Shown here: positions 17,755 through 27,825 of the stretch, piece by piece | Layout of the letters: each line of letters starts with the position of its first letter | How positions within the stretch are numbered: the stretch's first letter is position 1 | DNA from: Pirellulales bacterium | GTDB taxonomy: Bacteria; Planctomycetota; Planctomycetia; Pirellulales; PALSA-1355 | Assembly (NCBI GenBank): GCA_963733035.1 | Contig: CAVTBU010000005.1 | Span: 2,752,001-2,816,000, forward strand | DNA: 64,000 nucleotides | Reading direction: 5' to 3' | Program-made: the position numbers and the translations under genes | The notes under the pieces: generated by a model | Told to the model about the DNA's origin: nothing | Seen by the model: only the letters and a program-made list of their open reading frames with translations | Databases searched by the model: none

Positions 17755-20741
17755 TACTTTGCCGCCGATCTTGCCGGCGGTCCCTCGCTTTGTATGTAGC
17801 GAAATAAATCACGCAAATCCTGCTCGGGGAGTTGTTGTAGCAAACCGTCGGGCATCAAGGAAATAGGAGATGGTTCGATCTGTTCGATCTCTTCACGTGC
17901 AACGGTTGTCTTTTGCTGCTTGGCGTCGACGATCGTGATGCGCTGCGGGCTCGATTCGGTCACCAACCCCGTCAGCACCCGGCCGTCGACCAACAGCGCG
18001 GTTTGTGAGATGAACTCGGGCCGGATTGTGCCGCTGGGGTCGAGGATGTTGATCAGTAGCGCGTCGCGATTCTTGCGGTCTGCGCTGGTCAGGTCGGGGC
18101 CGATCTTCTCGCCTTCGCCGTGTAACGTATGGCAGACTCCGCAGTGTTTCATGAACAGCTTATGGCCGTTGTCCATATTCCCGACTCCGGCCCCGAGCAC
18201 CCGGCCAAGCACCGGCACGTACGACATCTTTTCGCCAGGCGTGGCGGGGCGAACCTTTCCCCAGCGGGCTTCGATCGACTTGTCCAGCGCGCCGTCGCCG
18301 TGCGCCAGCATCTGGCGGAGCTGATCGACCGAAATCGCCTTGGCGTCGATTTGTTCGTCGGCCACCTCCTGCACGAGCGCGCGAGCCCAAGCCGCTCGAC
18401 TCGCCGCCAGCGCAATCGCACGATCCCGCAGCGCCGGCGAAAAGCTTCCGTAGTGCGCCAACACCTGTCTGCCCAACGACGCCTCGTCGTAGTGACCAAT
18501 GGCTCCAAGTGCGGCACCACGAATTGCGTCGCCCGAAGCCGCGGCATCGTCAAGCAGGGCAAGCAACTTGGGCAGCGCGTCGGCTCGGGCAGCCTGGCCG
18601 ACGGCCGAAATCATCGCCAGCCGTACCGCTTCCGGTTCACGCGGATCGCTCATCCGCTCGAGTGCTCGCCGGTAGGCATCGCTGCTCCCTAGCTTGAGCG
18701 CGAAACGAGTGACCGTCGGATCGTCCGTATGCCGTTGCCATAGCCGGCGGATCGTTTCGGCAAGCGGCGTGGGCACGGACTCGAGCGGCCGGCCGCCAAA
18801 ATCGGCTTCCATTGCCGCCAACAGCCGCAGAGCGTCGCTGTCACTCGGCGCAAGGGCGAGCAATCGCGAGCAGGCGTCGTACCCGGCATCGTTTTTCTCG
18901 GCCAGGAAGCGACGGGCAACTCGCTCGACGATCACATCGTGGACGATCGGCAGTTGCCACGTGTCTTTGTCGGCAAATAGCGCCAATACAGCATTCGGGT
19001 CGCTGACGGCTTTGTCTTCGATCGCCCACCACAGGAGCAGGGGCAGGTGTGTGTCATCAGTGTCCTCGCTTCGGCGAAGCAGGGCTGCCACGATCTGCAA
19101 ACCACCGACCGCGTCGAGCCGCTTGGCCGTGCAGGCCAACTGGCTGCGAACCGCGGGGCTGGGATCGCTGGCCGCCAGTTCCACGAGTTTCTGCTGCACG
19201 GTCGCAGGCAATTTGTGCTCGTCATCTCCCAACAATCGCACATTCCAGGTCCGCACGTCGGCACTCGGATGACTAAGCAGCGCCAGGGCCACCCGGTCAT
19301 TCCATCCACCGCTGACGTACAGGGCCCAGAGCGATTCCAGGGCCAATTGTTCCTCGCGGCCGGCAATCATCTTGTGCAGCCAGGGAAGAATTGCCGGATC
19401 GCGGCGCTCGGAAAGAATCCTCCGCGCGTGGCGACGATACCAGACATTCTCGTGCGCGAGCAGATCGACCAGGCCTTCGCTGGTGCGGCCGGCCAGGTCA
19501 AACGGCTCGACCTTGGGCGTGCCACGGTAAACGATTTTCCAGATCCGACCGTTGGTCTTGTCCCAGGTGTCCTCGGGAATCACGTGGTTGGCCCGCTTGT
19601 CGTACCAATCGGCGACGAATACCGAACCGTCAGGGCCGATACGGCAATCGATGGGTCGGAACCAGATGTCGTCGGTTTCCAGGAGCGTACCCTGGTACTC
19701 ACTGGTGTAGGTCGATCCCTTCGGCGTGAGCGTGCTCCAATAGATCGCGTTCGACAGCAGATTCGCGCCGACATAGGTATTGTGAAACTTTTCCGGCCAA
19801 ACGTCCCCCTGGTAAACGATTCCGCCGCACGTGACGTGCCCGCCGCTGTGTCCAGTGTGGGCGACGTGCTCGAAGTAACCGTAGGTGTAGGGATTGTGCA
19901 GCGGCCCGTGCTTGGAAAAGCCTTTGACGTAATAGCCCCCTTGCACCTGGTGCAGGCAGACGACATTGCCGTAGTTCGTGCCGGCGATCACGTTGCCGTG
20001 GCGATCAAAATCGAGCCCCCAGGTATTACCACCCCCCTCGCTGAACAGCTCAAACCGCTTGGTGGCCGGATGGTAGCGCCAAATACCCTGTTGAAAGCCA
20101 ACCCCGCGAATATCCGCGGTCACCGTGCTCCCTTGCGCACCGTACAGCCAGCCATCGGGACCCCACTCCAGCGAATTGACGACGGCGTGCGCGTCTTCCA
20201 GACCAAAGCCCTTGAGCAGCACCTCGGGGTCGCCGTCGGGAACGTCATCACCGTTCTTGTCTGGATAGAACAAAAGATACGGCGCCTGGCCGACGTAGAC
20301 GCCGCCGTTGCCGATGGCGAGGGCCGAAGCCAGATTCAAGCCGCCTACAAAGTCCTTCGCCTGATCGACGCGACCGTCTCCGTCGGTGTCCTCGAGGATC
20401 GTGATCTTGTCTTTTCCCACCGGCCCGTGCGGCGGCGGCTCGGGTACGCGATCGTACTTGGTGCGCAAGTAGCGATCGACTTCCACTGGCTGCAGGCCCG
20501 CGGGGCTGGGGTACTGCAGGTACTGGATGACCCACATCCGCCCGCGGTCGTCGAAGGTCATTGTCACCGGCTGGCGCACGAGCGGCTCGGCGGCATAGAG
20601 TTCCACTTCGAAACCCTCGGCCATCTTGAAGCGGCGCTGAGCTTCTGCGGGCGAAAGGGCTTGCGCTTGGGCCGTCTGCCGACAGGAGAGTAAACTAATC
20701 AATACCAGCGCAACAACGAACACCCGACCAAGGTCGCGCAT
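17754..20741 (-). CDS. PVC-type membrane-bound dehydrogenase-domain protein with HEAT repeats and C-terminal heme c
   Basis: Signal peptide, FEVELYAAEPLVRQPV, LEDTDGDG, WGPDGWLY propeller, HEAT-like middle, CGVCH..IGPDLT, SLMPDGL. Confidence 0.9.
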   Translation of the reverse strand: MRDLGRVFVVALVLISLLSCRQTAQAQALSPAEAQRRFKMAEGFEVELYAAEPLVRQPVTMTFDDRGRMWVIQYLQYPSPAGLQPVEVDRYLRTKYDRVPEPPPHGPVGKDKITILEDTDGDGRVDQAKDFVGGLNLASALAIGNGGVYVGQAPYLLFYPDKNGDDVPDGDPEVLLKGFGLEDAHAVVNSLEWGPDGWLYGAQGSTVTADIRGVGFQQGIWRYHPATKRFELFSEGGGNTWGLDFDRHGNVIAGTNYGNVVCLHQVQGGYYVKGFSKHGPLHNPYTYGYFEHVAHTGHSGGHVTCGGIVYQGDVWPEKFHNTYVGANLLSNAIYWSTLTPKGSTYTSEYQGTLLETDDIWFRPIDCRIGPDGSVFVADWYDKRANHVIPEDTWDKTNGRIWKIVYRGTPKVEPFDLAGRTSEGLVDLLAHENVWYRRHARRILSERRDPAILPWLHKMIAGREEQLALESLWALYVSGGWNDRVALALLSHPSADVRTWNVRLLGDDEHKLPATVQQKLVELAASDPSPAVRSQLACTAKRLDAVGGLQIVAALLRRSEDTDDTHLPLLLWWAIEDKAVSDPNAVLALFADKDTWQLPIVHDVIVERVARRFLAEKNDAGYDACSRLLALAPSDSDALRLLAAMEADFGGRPLESVPTPLAETIRRLWQRHTDDPTVTRFALKLGSSDAYRRALERMSDPREPEAVRLAMISAVGQAARADALPKLLALLDDAAASGDAIRGAALGAIGHYDEASLGRQVLAHYGSFSPALRDRAIALAASRAAWARALVQEVADEQIDAKAISVDQLRQMLAHGDGALDKSIEARWGKVRPATPGEKMSYVPVLGRVLGAGVGNMDNGHKLFMKHCGVCHTLHGEGEKIGPDLTSADRKNRDALLINILDPSGTIRPEFISQTALLVDGRVLTGLVTESSPQRITIVDAKQQKTTVAREEIEQIEPSPISLMPDGLLQQLPEQDLRDLFRYIQSEGPPARSAAK

Positions 20742-20880
20742 GTCACAATGGTGTACGCGCGTGTTCTCAAAGCATTCCTTGCCAAACGGAACTCGTGAAC
20801 TTTCGCTGCGCACCTCGGTGTCCTCTACGGTTATCTCCGGGATTTTGAATCCGCCGCTGTCCTCACCACGTCGAAACTCG

Positions 20881-23800
20881 TTATTTCAGCGACTCCAGAA
20901 ACGCCAGCAAATCGGCGGCGTCCTGGGGTGTGACTTCGCTGAGCACGAGCTCGGGCATCAGTGACTTCTGCTGCGGAATGAGCGCCTCGACTTCGTTCGC
21001 CGGCACTCGGATCGTTTGGTTCTTGACGTCTCGCAGCACGACCCGTTTGTCGTTCCGGTCTACCAGGAAACCGGCATACACTTGTCCGCTGGTGGTTTCG
21101 AGCAGGTAGGGCACGAATTCCGGTGCGATCGCCTTGGAGGGCTGCAAGATCGTTTCCAGCAAGGCCTGGCGTTCGTACTTTTTGCCGATCTTTGTCAGCT
21201 CCGGCCCCAGCTTGCTGCCAAAGCCGTGCACGGCATGACACTGGTTACACTGCGCGGCCGAACTCTTGAAGAAGATATTGCGGCCGCGGTTCGCATCTCC
21301 CGATCGTTCCAGAATCTCGTTGGCCGAGATCGCGCTGCCGAGTTTCCGCGGGCGCTGGTCCTCGGGAATGAACTTTTCGTACAGCACGCGAACGTTCGCA
21401 TCGGGATGCGCGACGGCCTTCGCGAGCACGGCCTGTTTCAAACTGGCCGGTAGCCGGTCTTCGTCGATCAACCGCAACAGCAAGATCGCACCGGGCGTGC
21501 TGTCGATCAGCCGGTCGACGGCGGCACGTCGCGCTTGCAACGGAAAGGCCTCGCCGCCGAGGATCTGTCGCAGACTCGTCGCGTCTTGCATGTCAACCAG
21601 CCCGTCGAGCGCCGCGGACGCGACGGTCGGCTCGCGATCGTTCAACAGTTCACGTAGCGCGTCTTTCGCACCCGGCGGCTGCAAATGGGCGAGCACCGAA
21701 ACCGCCAATTGACGCTCGGTCGGCGGTAGCGAGTCGTCCTTGGCCAGGGTCAGCACTTTCTCGCCGAGCCGCCGAATCCGCAGTTCGGCGATCGCGCGCA
21801 GCGCGTCGCCACGCAACTGCCCGTCGTCCAATAGTCCGACCAGTGCGTCTGCGAATCGTGGCTGGGCGGCCATGGCCGACCAATTGCCGCGCGGCCCCAT
21901 GTTTGCCAGCATCACGCCAATCGCTTCACGCCGCAACTCGGCCGAACGGCCAGTTTGTCCGGCGGTTTGCAGCAATCCCCACCCGGCCTCGAGCGACGGC
22001 AATTGTCCGACCGCCGCCAAGATCTTTCGCGCCGCATCGTCGTCGAATTGCGGATCTTGTAGTTGGGCAATCAGCGCGGCCGCGGCCCGTTCCGGGGCGA
22101 GCACCTGCAGCAGGGGGAACTGCGCCTCGGAGAGCGGCCCTTGTTTTTCCAACCTGGCCAGCAAGGCCCGCCGGCGATCACCAACCGCGATGTTGATCGC
22201 TTCGAGTTGATAGCGATCACTGCCGTTGTACGTCGCGGCAATCCTGGCCAGCGCTTCGAGGGCCGCGTCTCCTTTGAGATTGCGAATCGCCAACAGCACT
22301 TCGCGGCGCACCTCGTCGGCCGGGTCCTCGGCGAGGTCGAGAATCGCCGCGCCGTGTTCCGCGCCGTGCCGTCGGAGAATCCGCACCGCCAAAGCCCGTT
22401 GGCCGGCATTCGGCGACTTCAGTTGCGCAACGACATGGCTGCGTGCCCTGCCACCGACCCTGTCCAGCACCCACATCGCCCGAGCGCGATAGTTCGGCTG
22501 TTCATCATCCAGCAGCGCGACCAGTGCCGGCACGCTTGCGTCTGGCTCGGCCAAGAGCCGCTCGCGGGCCAGGTATTGTGTCGCCAGGTTGATGCTTTTG
22601 AGTCCTTCAATGGCATCCACCACATGGGTATAGGGTCCCGGCTTCTCGTGCCGAGCAAGCGTTTTGCCTTTGGGCTTGAGCAGAAAAACACGGCCCTGAT
22701 CTGGATTGTTGTAGCCGTGACCGCCAACGCCGCCGTCGTACCAATCGGAGACGTACAGTCGCCCGTCCGGAGCGGCACAAATGTCGTCCGGCCGAAAATA
22801 ATCGTCGCCGCTGGTACTCAGAAAAACTTCGCTGGTGGCCTGCATGCCGTAACCTTGCAGGTGATGCTGGTAGACGCGGCATTCGCGCGGCCCGCAGTCG
22901 GTGTGGAGCGGTGCATTCTTGTACTTGGGGCCAAACGCGTCGCTCTCATAGATGCAGATGCCGGTGGGCGATCCAAAGCCGGTCACCAGCGTTGCGGGAA
23001 CGTAGCCCGGCATGTAACCGCGGAAGTGCCAGTGCTCGCGGAAGGGCGTGCCCGGCGGCACCAGGCGATCGAGTTGCTGTTTGTCGAACGGCGGCCGGCC
23101 GAACCAGCCGTAGTTGCCCCCTTCCATGATCCAGCAAATTCGCACGCTTTCGTTGCCATCGTTGTCGTTGTCGCTCAGGTACGCTTCGCCAAACGAATCG
23201 ATGCACACCTCATAGGGATTGCGAAAGTTGACGGCCACCGTTTCGAGCCCGCTGCCATCGAGTTCGCCGCGCAGCACCGCGCCATGCGGAAACTTGATAT
23301 GCGAGCCGTCGGTCCCTTTGACGTCGAAGCCCCCGTCGCCGTGCGACATCCACCATTTATGATCCGGCCCCAGCACCAGGCTGTGCGCACCGTGATCATG
23401 GTTGTAGCCGCCAAACCCAGTGAGCAGTTTCTGGGGCGGGCCGTCGGCTTTCAGGTCGCCATCCTTGTCTTCGAAGACCCACAGATCGGGGCTGGTGGCC
23501 ACGTAAACTTTATCGCCGGCCACGCACACGCTCATCGGCGCGAACAGCCCCTCGGCAAACACGGTAACCTTGTCGGCCGCGCCGTCGCCGTCGGTGTCTT
23601 CCAGTACCTTGATCTTGTCGGCCGGTGGAGTTTTGGCGCCGCCACGATACCATTGGATTTCCGCCACCCACACCCGCCCCTCGGTATCCACATCGATGGC
23701 CGCGGGATTGGTGATGAGCGGTTCGCTGGCGAACAGCGAGACTTCCATCTCTGGCGCGGCGTTCAGCGCCGCGAGTTCATCGCTCGGCGACTTTTGTGCC

Positions 23801-23892
23801 GCTGCCGGCGTGCTCCACAGCAACAAACAGCCAAGGACGAAAGCAGACACTCCACGTGCAAGGTGATCCATGGGGAGCATTTTCCAGGGCAT
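20881..23892 (-). CDS. PVC-type membrane-bound dehydrogenase-domain protein with HEAT repeats and C-terminal heme c
   Basis: EVSLFASEPLITNP, LEDTDGDG, NFRNPYE, FRPDD, CNQCH..LGPELT, SLMPE; start uncertain. Confidence 0.9.
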   Translation of the reverse strand: MPWKMLPMDHLARGVSAFVLGCLLLWSTPAAAQKSPSDELAALNAAPEMEVSLFASEPLITNPAAIDVDTEGRVWVAEIQWYRGGAKTPPADKIKVLEDTDGDGAADKVTVFAEGLFAPMSVCVAGDKVYVATSPDLWVFEDKDGDLKADGPPQKLLTGFGGYNHDHGAHSLVLGPDHKWWMSHGDGGFDVKGTDGSHIKFPHGAVLRGELDGSGLETVAVNFRNPYEVCIDSFGEAYLSDNDNDGNESVRICWIMEGGNYGWFGRPPFDKQQLDRLVPPGTPFREHWHFRGYMPGYVPATLVTGFGSPTGICIYESDAFGPKYKNAPLHTDCGPRECRVYQHHLQGYGMQATSEVFLSTSGDDYFRPDDICAAPDGRLYVSDWYDGGVGGHGYNNPDQGRVFLLKPKGKTLARHEKPGPYTHVVDAIEGLKSINLATQYLARERLLAEPDASVPALVALLDDEQPNYRARAMWVLDRVGGRARSHVVAQLKSPNAGQRALAVRILRRHGAEHGAAILDLAEDPADEVRREVLLAIRNLKGDAALEALARIAATYNGSDRYQLEAINIAVGDRRRALLARLEKQGPLSEAQFPLLQVLAPERAAAALIAQLQDPQFDDDAARKILAAVGQLPSLEAGWGLLQTAGQTGRSAELRREAIGVMLANMGPRGNWSAMAAQPRFADALVGLLDDGQLRGDALRAIAELRIRRLGEKVLTLAKDDSLPPTERQLAVSVLAHLQPPGAKDALRELLNDREPTVASAALDGLVDMQDATSLRQILGGEAFPLQARRAAVDRLIDSTPGAILLLRLIDEDRLPASLKQAVLAKAVAHPDANVRVLYEKFIPEDQRPRKLGSAISANEILERSGDANRGRNIFFKSSAAQCNQCHAVHGFGSKLGPELTKIGKKYERQALLETILQPSKAIAPEFVPYLLETTSGQVYAGFLVDRNDKRVVLRDVKNQTIRVPANEVEALIPQQKSLMPELVLSEVTPQDAADLLAFLESLK

Positions 23893-23998
23893 GATGCGGA
23901 TGGTGGGCGGGTACGCTGCTAGTATAAATAGCCGTTCTAGCGCCGTGCAAACCAACACATTCCCGGGGGCGATCGAGTGATACCGACCTGCCTCGCCC

Positions 23999-25585
23999 TT
24001 ACAACTCGTCCACGACGATCGTGTCGTCGCTGCCGTGCATGTTGGGTTGGGGTGATTGCTGGCCGGTGATGTAGAGCCGCCAGGCGTCGAGTTGCTCGGG
24101 CGTCATGCTGTTGTCGCGCGAGATCTCATGCTTGAGCTCGGTGTCGGTGCCCGACACATTCACGTGCACGGTCAGCCGGCCGTTTTCCTGATAGGCGAAC
24201 CGTACCTCGATAGGCGTCTGCGCGGGCAAGTCGCGGGGCAGGTCGCGGACCACGCACTTGCCGATTTGCGAGCAGTCGTCGGGGTTCGCGCTTTCGCCTT
24301 CGACGATTTGCACCAGAATCGACTTCTGATTGGCCTTCTGCGTGCGAAAGACCCGCTTGGCTGTGGCCGGCAGTGCGGTGTTCCTCGGGATCAGGATCGC
24401 GTTGCGGCGGCGCATCGTGCGCGGATCGCTGGCTACCACGCCCAAGCTGTGCGAATTCACGTTTCGGACGTTGATCGCCGAGATCTCGCCGCGGCTGCGA
24501 GCCAGCACCACCGAGGCATGCAGCGCCGCGCCGTGCGCCACGGCCTCGTCGACCGACACCGAAGCATCGGGCTCTTTGCCCGACAGATCGCGGAGCATTT
24601 TTGCCACCATCGGCATCCGGGTCGAGCCACCGACCATCAGCACGAAGTCCAAGTCGGACCAGGTGAAGCCGGCCGCCGATAGGGTTTGACGCGTCGTGAA
24701 CCGCGTCCGGTCGAGTAGATCCTGCGTGATCTCCTCGAACTTTTCCCGCGAGATTTCCACCCGCATCGCCAGGCTCTTGTAGTCGCAACTGATCGACACC
24801 TTGTTGCGGGCCGAGAGCGTGCGCTTGGCGTCCTCGCATTCGCGCCACAGGCGGCCGGCCGTGTTGGGTTCCTCGCGCGGATCGAGGCCGTGCGTCGTCT
24901 TGAATTCCTCGGCCACGTAGTCGACCAACCGCTGGTCCCAGTCCTGCCCGCCGAGCTGCACGTCGCCGTCGGTGGCCAGGGCCACGAACTCATGGCCGAT
25001 GACTTCCATCACCGTCACGTCGAACGTGCCGCCCCCCAAATCGTAGACCAACAATTTGAGCGGCATGTCGGCGGCACCGCTGCGATTGAGAAACCCCTTG
25101 TGAAAGCCGTGCGCAATAGCGGCGGCCGTTGGCTCATTGATGATGTCGAGCACTTCGAAACCGGCCATGTAACCGGCGTCTTGCGTCGCCTTGCGCCGCA
25201 CTTCGTCGAAGTAGGCAGGTACGGTAATCACCACCTTGCGAAAATCGCCCAAGTGGCGGCTAGCATCGCAACGAGCCTTGTTCAGCACGATCGCTTCGAG
25301 CGCCTCGGGCGGAAACGTGCGGCCTTCGAGGATCTTGTGAAACGCCCGCTCGCCGAGTTCGCGCTTGGCGCACTGGGCCACGTGATCGGCCTCGGTCGCC
25401 AAGGCCTTGAGCGCTTCCTTGCCGACAATCGCCTGGCTGGATTCGAACAGCACGACGCTGGGCGTTACCAAGTCGCCCTCGGCGTTGACTAGCGTCACCG
25501 GCCGACCCGTGTCGTCGACATAAGCTACGGCGGTATAGGTCGTCCCCAGGTCGATGCCGACCGCGGGTGTAGGATCGTTACTCAT
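23999..25585 (-). CDS. Hsp70-family protein (canonical ATPase motifs, no C-terminal lid)
   Basis: GIDLGTT, TVPAYF, NEPTAAA, DLGGGTFD, LGGQDWD, VGGSTRMP, AVAHGAA and substrate-binding beta domain; 528 aa. Confidence 0.92.
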   Translation of the reverse strand: MSNDPTPAVGIDLGTTYTAVAYVDDTGRPVTLVNAEGDLVTPSVVLFESSQAIVGKEALKALATEADHVAQCAKRELGERAFHKILEGRTFPPEALEAIVLNKARCDASRHLGDFRKVVITVPAYFDEVRRKATQDAGYMAGFEVLDIINEPTAAAIAHGFHKGFLNRSGAADMPLKLLVYDLGGGTFDVTVMEVIGHEFVALATDGDVQLGGQDWDQRLVDYVAEEFKTTHGLDPREEPNTAGRLWRECEDAKRTLSARNKVSISCDYKSLAMRVEISREKFEEITQDLLDRTRFTTRQTLSAAGFTWSDLDFVLMVGGSTRMPMVAKMLRDLSGKEPDASVSVDEAVAHGAALHASVVLARSRGEISAINVRNVNSHSLGVVASDPRTMRRRNAILIPRNTALPATAKRVFRTQKANQKSILVQIVEGESANPDDCSQIGKCVVRDLPRDLPAQTPIEVRFAYQENGRLTVHVNVSGTDTELKHEISRDNSMTPEQLDAWRLYITGQQSPQPNMHGSDDTIVVDEL

Positions 25586-27585
25586 GTCGATCGGATGTGG
25601 GTGTTCGATTCAGCAGTCAACAGACATCGACCAGCCTCGGTGGCAGTGGATGGGATGGCGCCGCGGGCCAGACCGGGCGTCTCGGGCGGTTCGGCCGGCG
25701 CGGAACTCCCTGACGGCGCATCACGCAGGCCGGGCAGGCGGAGGTGCCACCAGTTATAGCTGGGGTCGATTCTCATCAGTATATAGTAACCTATCGCGGT
25801 ACCGACGAGGGCCGAGACCAGATATCCGCCGATCATGATGGCCAGTTTTCGCGGCGTCATTTGTCTGCGCCGCGCGCGAACTACCGCCGCGTTCGGATCG
25901 GTTTGCAGCTCAAAACCCGGCTGCGCGGACGCCTGTTTCGGCAGCGCGGGCGGGCGGGGGGGAGACTGTGCGGGAGTGGCCGCGGCGTCGGCGGCAGCCG
26001 TCGATTCCCGCAATTGCTGGTGCTTCGGAAGCAGGGCGTGAATGGCCTTTAGTCCGCCGCCTCGGGCCAGCAAGTTCTTCCAGTCCGTTATTTCGCTCTC
26101 GCTCAAGCCGTTTTCGCGACGCAAGGCGATCGGCAGCGCTTGGCCGGAGCGCGGAAGCTGGGCCTTCACTTGCAAACGACCTTCCGCCGTGAATTGATAC
26201 TGCACGTTGATTTGCGTGCCGGCCGGCAAGCCGTGCGGCAGGTCGCGAATCGTCAATTGGGCGATCCGGGCACACGCGTCGGCCGCGCGGCTGTCTCCTT
26301 CGAGCAGCCGTACCACGATTGCCGGTTGGTCTTCGACGTCGGTGGTGGCCTTGGCCACCGTGCCGCAGGGAAGCTCGCTGCCGCGCGAAATCAGCACCAC
26401 GTTTTCCAGACGTCCGCTCTGCGGATCGCTCCACTCGAGTCCCAGGTTGTGGATCGTCATGTCCGTGATGCTCAGCCGCATGCTCGCCGGGCGCCCTTCG
26501 CGTGCGGCCAGCAGGCATTCCGCGTACAGGCCCGCGCCTCGTCCCACGGCTTCGTCCGCATGCAGTCCAGGTGCCGGGTCGAGGTTTGTGAGCTCCTTGA
26601 GCCGCGCGGCCACCGCGGGCATACGCGTCGCCCCACCGACCAGCAGCAGATTCGCCAGATCGCGCCAGGCCATGCCGGCCTGTGCCAGCACGGCTTCAGT
26701 CAACTGGATGGCCTGATCCAGCAGATCGGTTGTCAGGTCTTCGAACGCTTGTCGCGTAACGATAATTGCCGCTGAATCCGTGCCGCGAGTCACTTGCACC
26801 CGAGCTTGTTGTCGTGCCGACAGCGACTGCTTGGCTTCTTCGGCGCTTTCGAGCAATCGCCGCACGCTACTCATATCGTGCCGCGGGTCGTCCCCAAATT
26901 GTTTGGCAAACTGCTCGGCCAGATACTCGGCTAACCGCAGGTCCCAGTCGCGTCCACCCAATTGAGCGTTGCCGGCGATGGCCATCGTTCGCAAGCGGCC
27001 GGGCTTGATTTCGACGATCGCAACGTCGATTTTGCCGCCCCCCAAGTCGAACACCAGCACGCGCTGTCCCGGCTTGTCGGCCGCGGTCTCGTTCAGGTAC
27101 CCCTGGCCCTCGGCAAAGGTGAGCGCGGCGGCCAATGGATCGTTGATTGTGCCGACGACTTCCATGCCCGCGATCTTGGCCGCGTCGAGGCGGGCGCGGC
27201 GTTGAGCCTGGTTGAAGCCGGCCGGCATCGAGAGCACAACGGCCGGATTGGCGAGCCCTTCGCCGGCCAGGTCGGCCAGCAGTTTTTTCATCAGGCAGGC
27301 CTCGATCACCTCGGCCGGCAGCAGCTCGCCGCCAACCGCGCGGGAGTAAGGTCCCTGACCCAGGTCCCGCTTATAGAACTCCGCCGCCCGGTTGGGTTGC
27401 GTGGAGGCGGCCAGCTTGGCGGCTCGGCCGTGCAGCCATTCGTCGTCCTCGAAGTACACGACGCTCGGTACCAGCAGGTCGCCCTGCGCATCGCGTAGCA
27501 GCGCGCTCCGTCCATGCTCGTCGATGCGGCTGACGGCGGCGCGTGTGGTTCCAAGATCGATTCCTACGGCGCGGCTATTCGGCAT
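25582..27585 (-). CDS. Divergent Hsp70-family protein with C-terminal transmembrane helix
   Basis: GIDLGTT, SMPAGF, NDPLAAA, DLGGGKID, VGGATRMP; Pro/Ala linker then LAIMIGGYLVSALVGTAIGYYIL; stop overlaps the next start (ATGA). Confidence 0.88.
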   Translation of the reverse strand: MPNSRAVGIDLGTTRAAVSRIDEHGRSALLRDAQGDLLVPSVVYFEDDEWLHGRAAKLAASTQPNRAAEFYKRDLGQGPYSRAVGGELLPAEVIEACLMKKLLADLAGEGLANPAVVLSMPAGFNQAQRRARLDAAKIAGMEVVGTINDPLAAALTFAEGQGYLNETAADKPGQRVLVFDLGGGKIDVAIVEIKPGRLRTMAIAGNAQLGGRDWDLRLAEYLAEQFAKQFGDDPRHDMSSVRRLLESAEEAKQSLSARQQARVQVTRGTDSAAIIVTRQAFEDLTTDLLDQAIQLTEAVLAQAGMAWRDLANLLLVGGATRMPAVAARLKELTNLDPAPGLHADEAVGRGAGLYAECLLAAREGRPASMRLSITDMTIHNLGLEWSDPQSGRLENVVLISRGSELPCGTVAKATTDVEDQPAIVVRLLEGDSRAADACARIAQLTIRDLPHGLPAGTQINVQYQFTAEGRLQVKAQLPRSGQALPIALRRENGLSESEITDWKNLLARGGGLKAIHALLPKHQQLRESTAAADAAATPAQSPPRPPALPKQASAQPGFELQTDPNAAVVRARRRQMTPRKLAIMIGGYLVSALVGTAIGYYILMRIDPSYNWWHLRLPGLRDAPSGSSAPAEPPETPGLARGAIPSTATEAGRCLLTAESNTHIRST

Positions 27586-27825
27586 CGATGAGGTCGGCTT
27601 ACCACCTAGACAATCGTGGACCTGCGCGAGCGACCGCGCGCCAACAAGCCAGTACGGCGAGACGAGCGCGGGCGACCGGCGATACAAGACGCGTGTTCCG
27701 GCCGCCACAGCGCTCCTGGACGCGGCACGGCAACTGAAACCTTGACTTTACCCGCCTGGGCGGGGGCAAGCAACCAACCTCGGCCCAAGGCACATTCCTC
27801 CGCAAACTACGCAGCCCGAAAAGCC

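Noticed and set aside
19047..23922. Long + strand ORFs (548 aa and 619 aa)
   Set aside because: Antisense shadows of the PVC dehydrogenase genes, expected in GC-rich DNA; no motifs.
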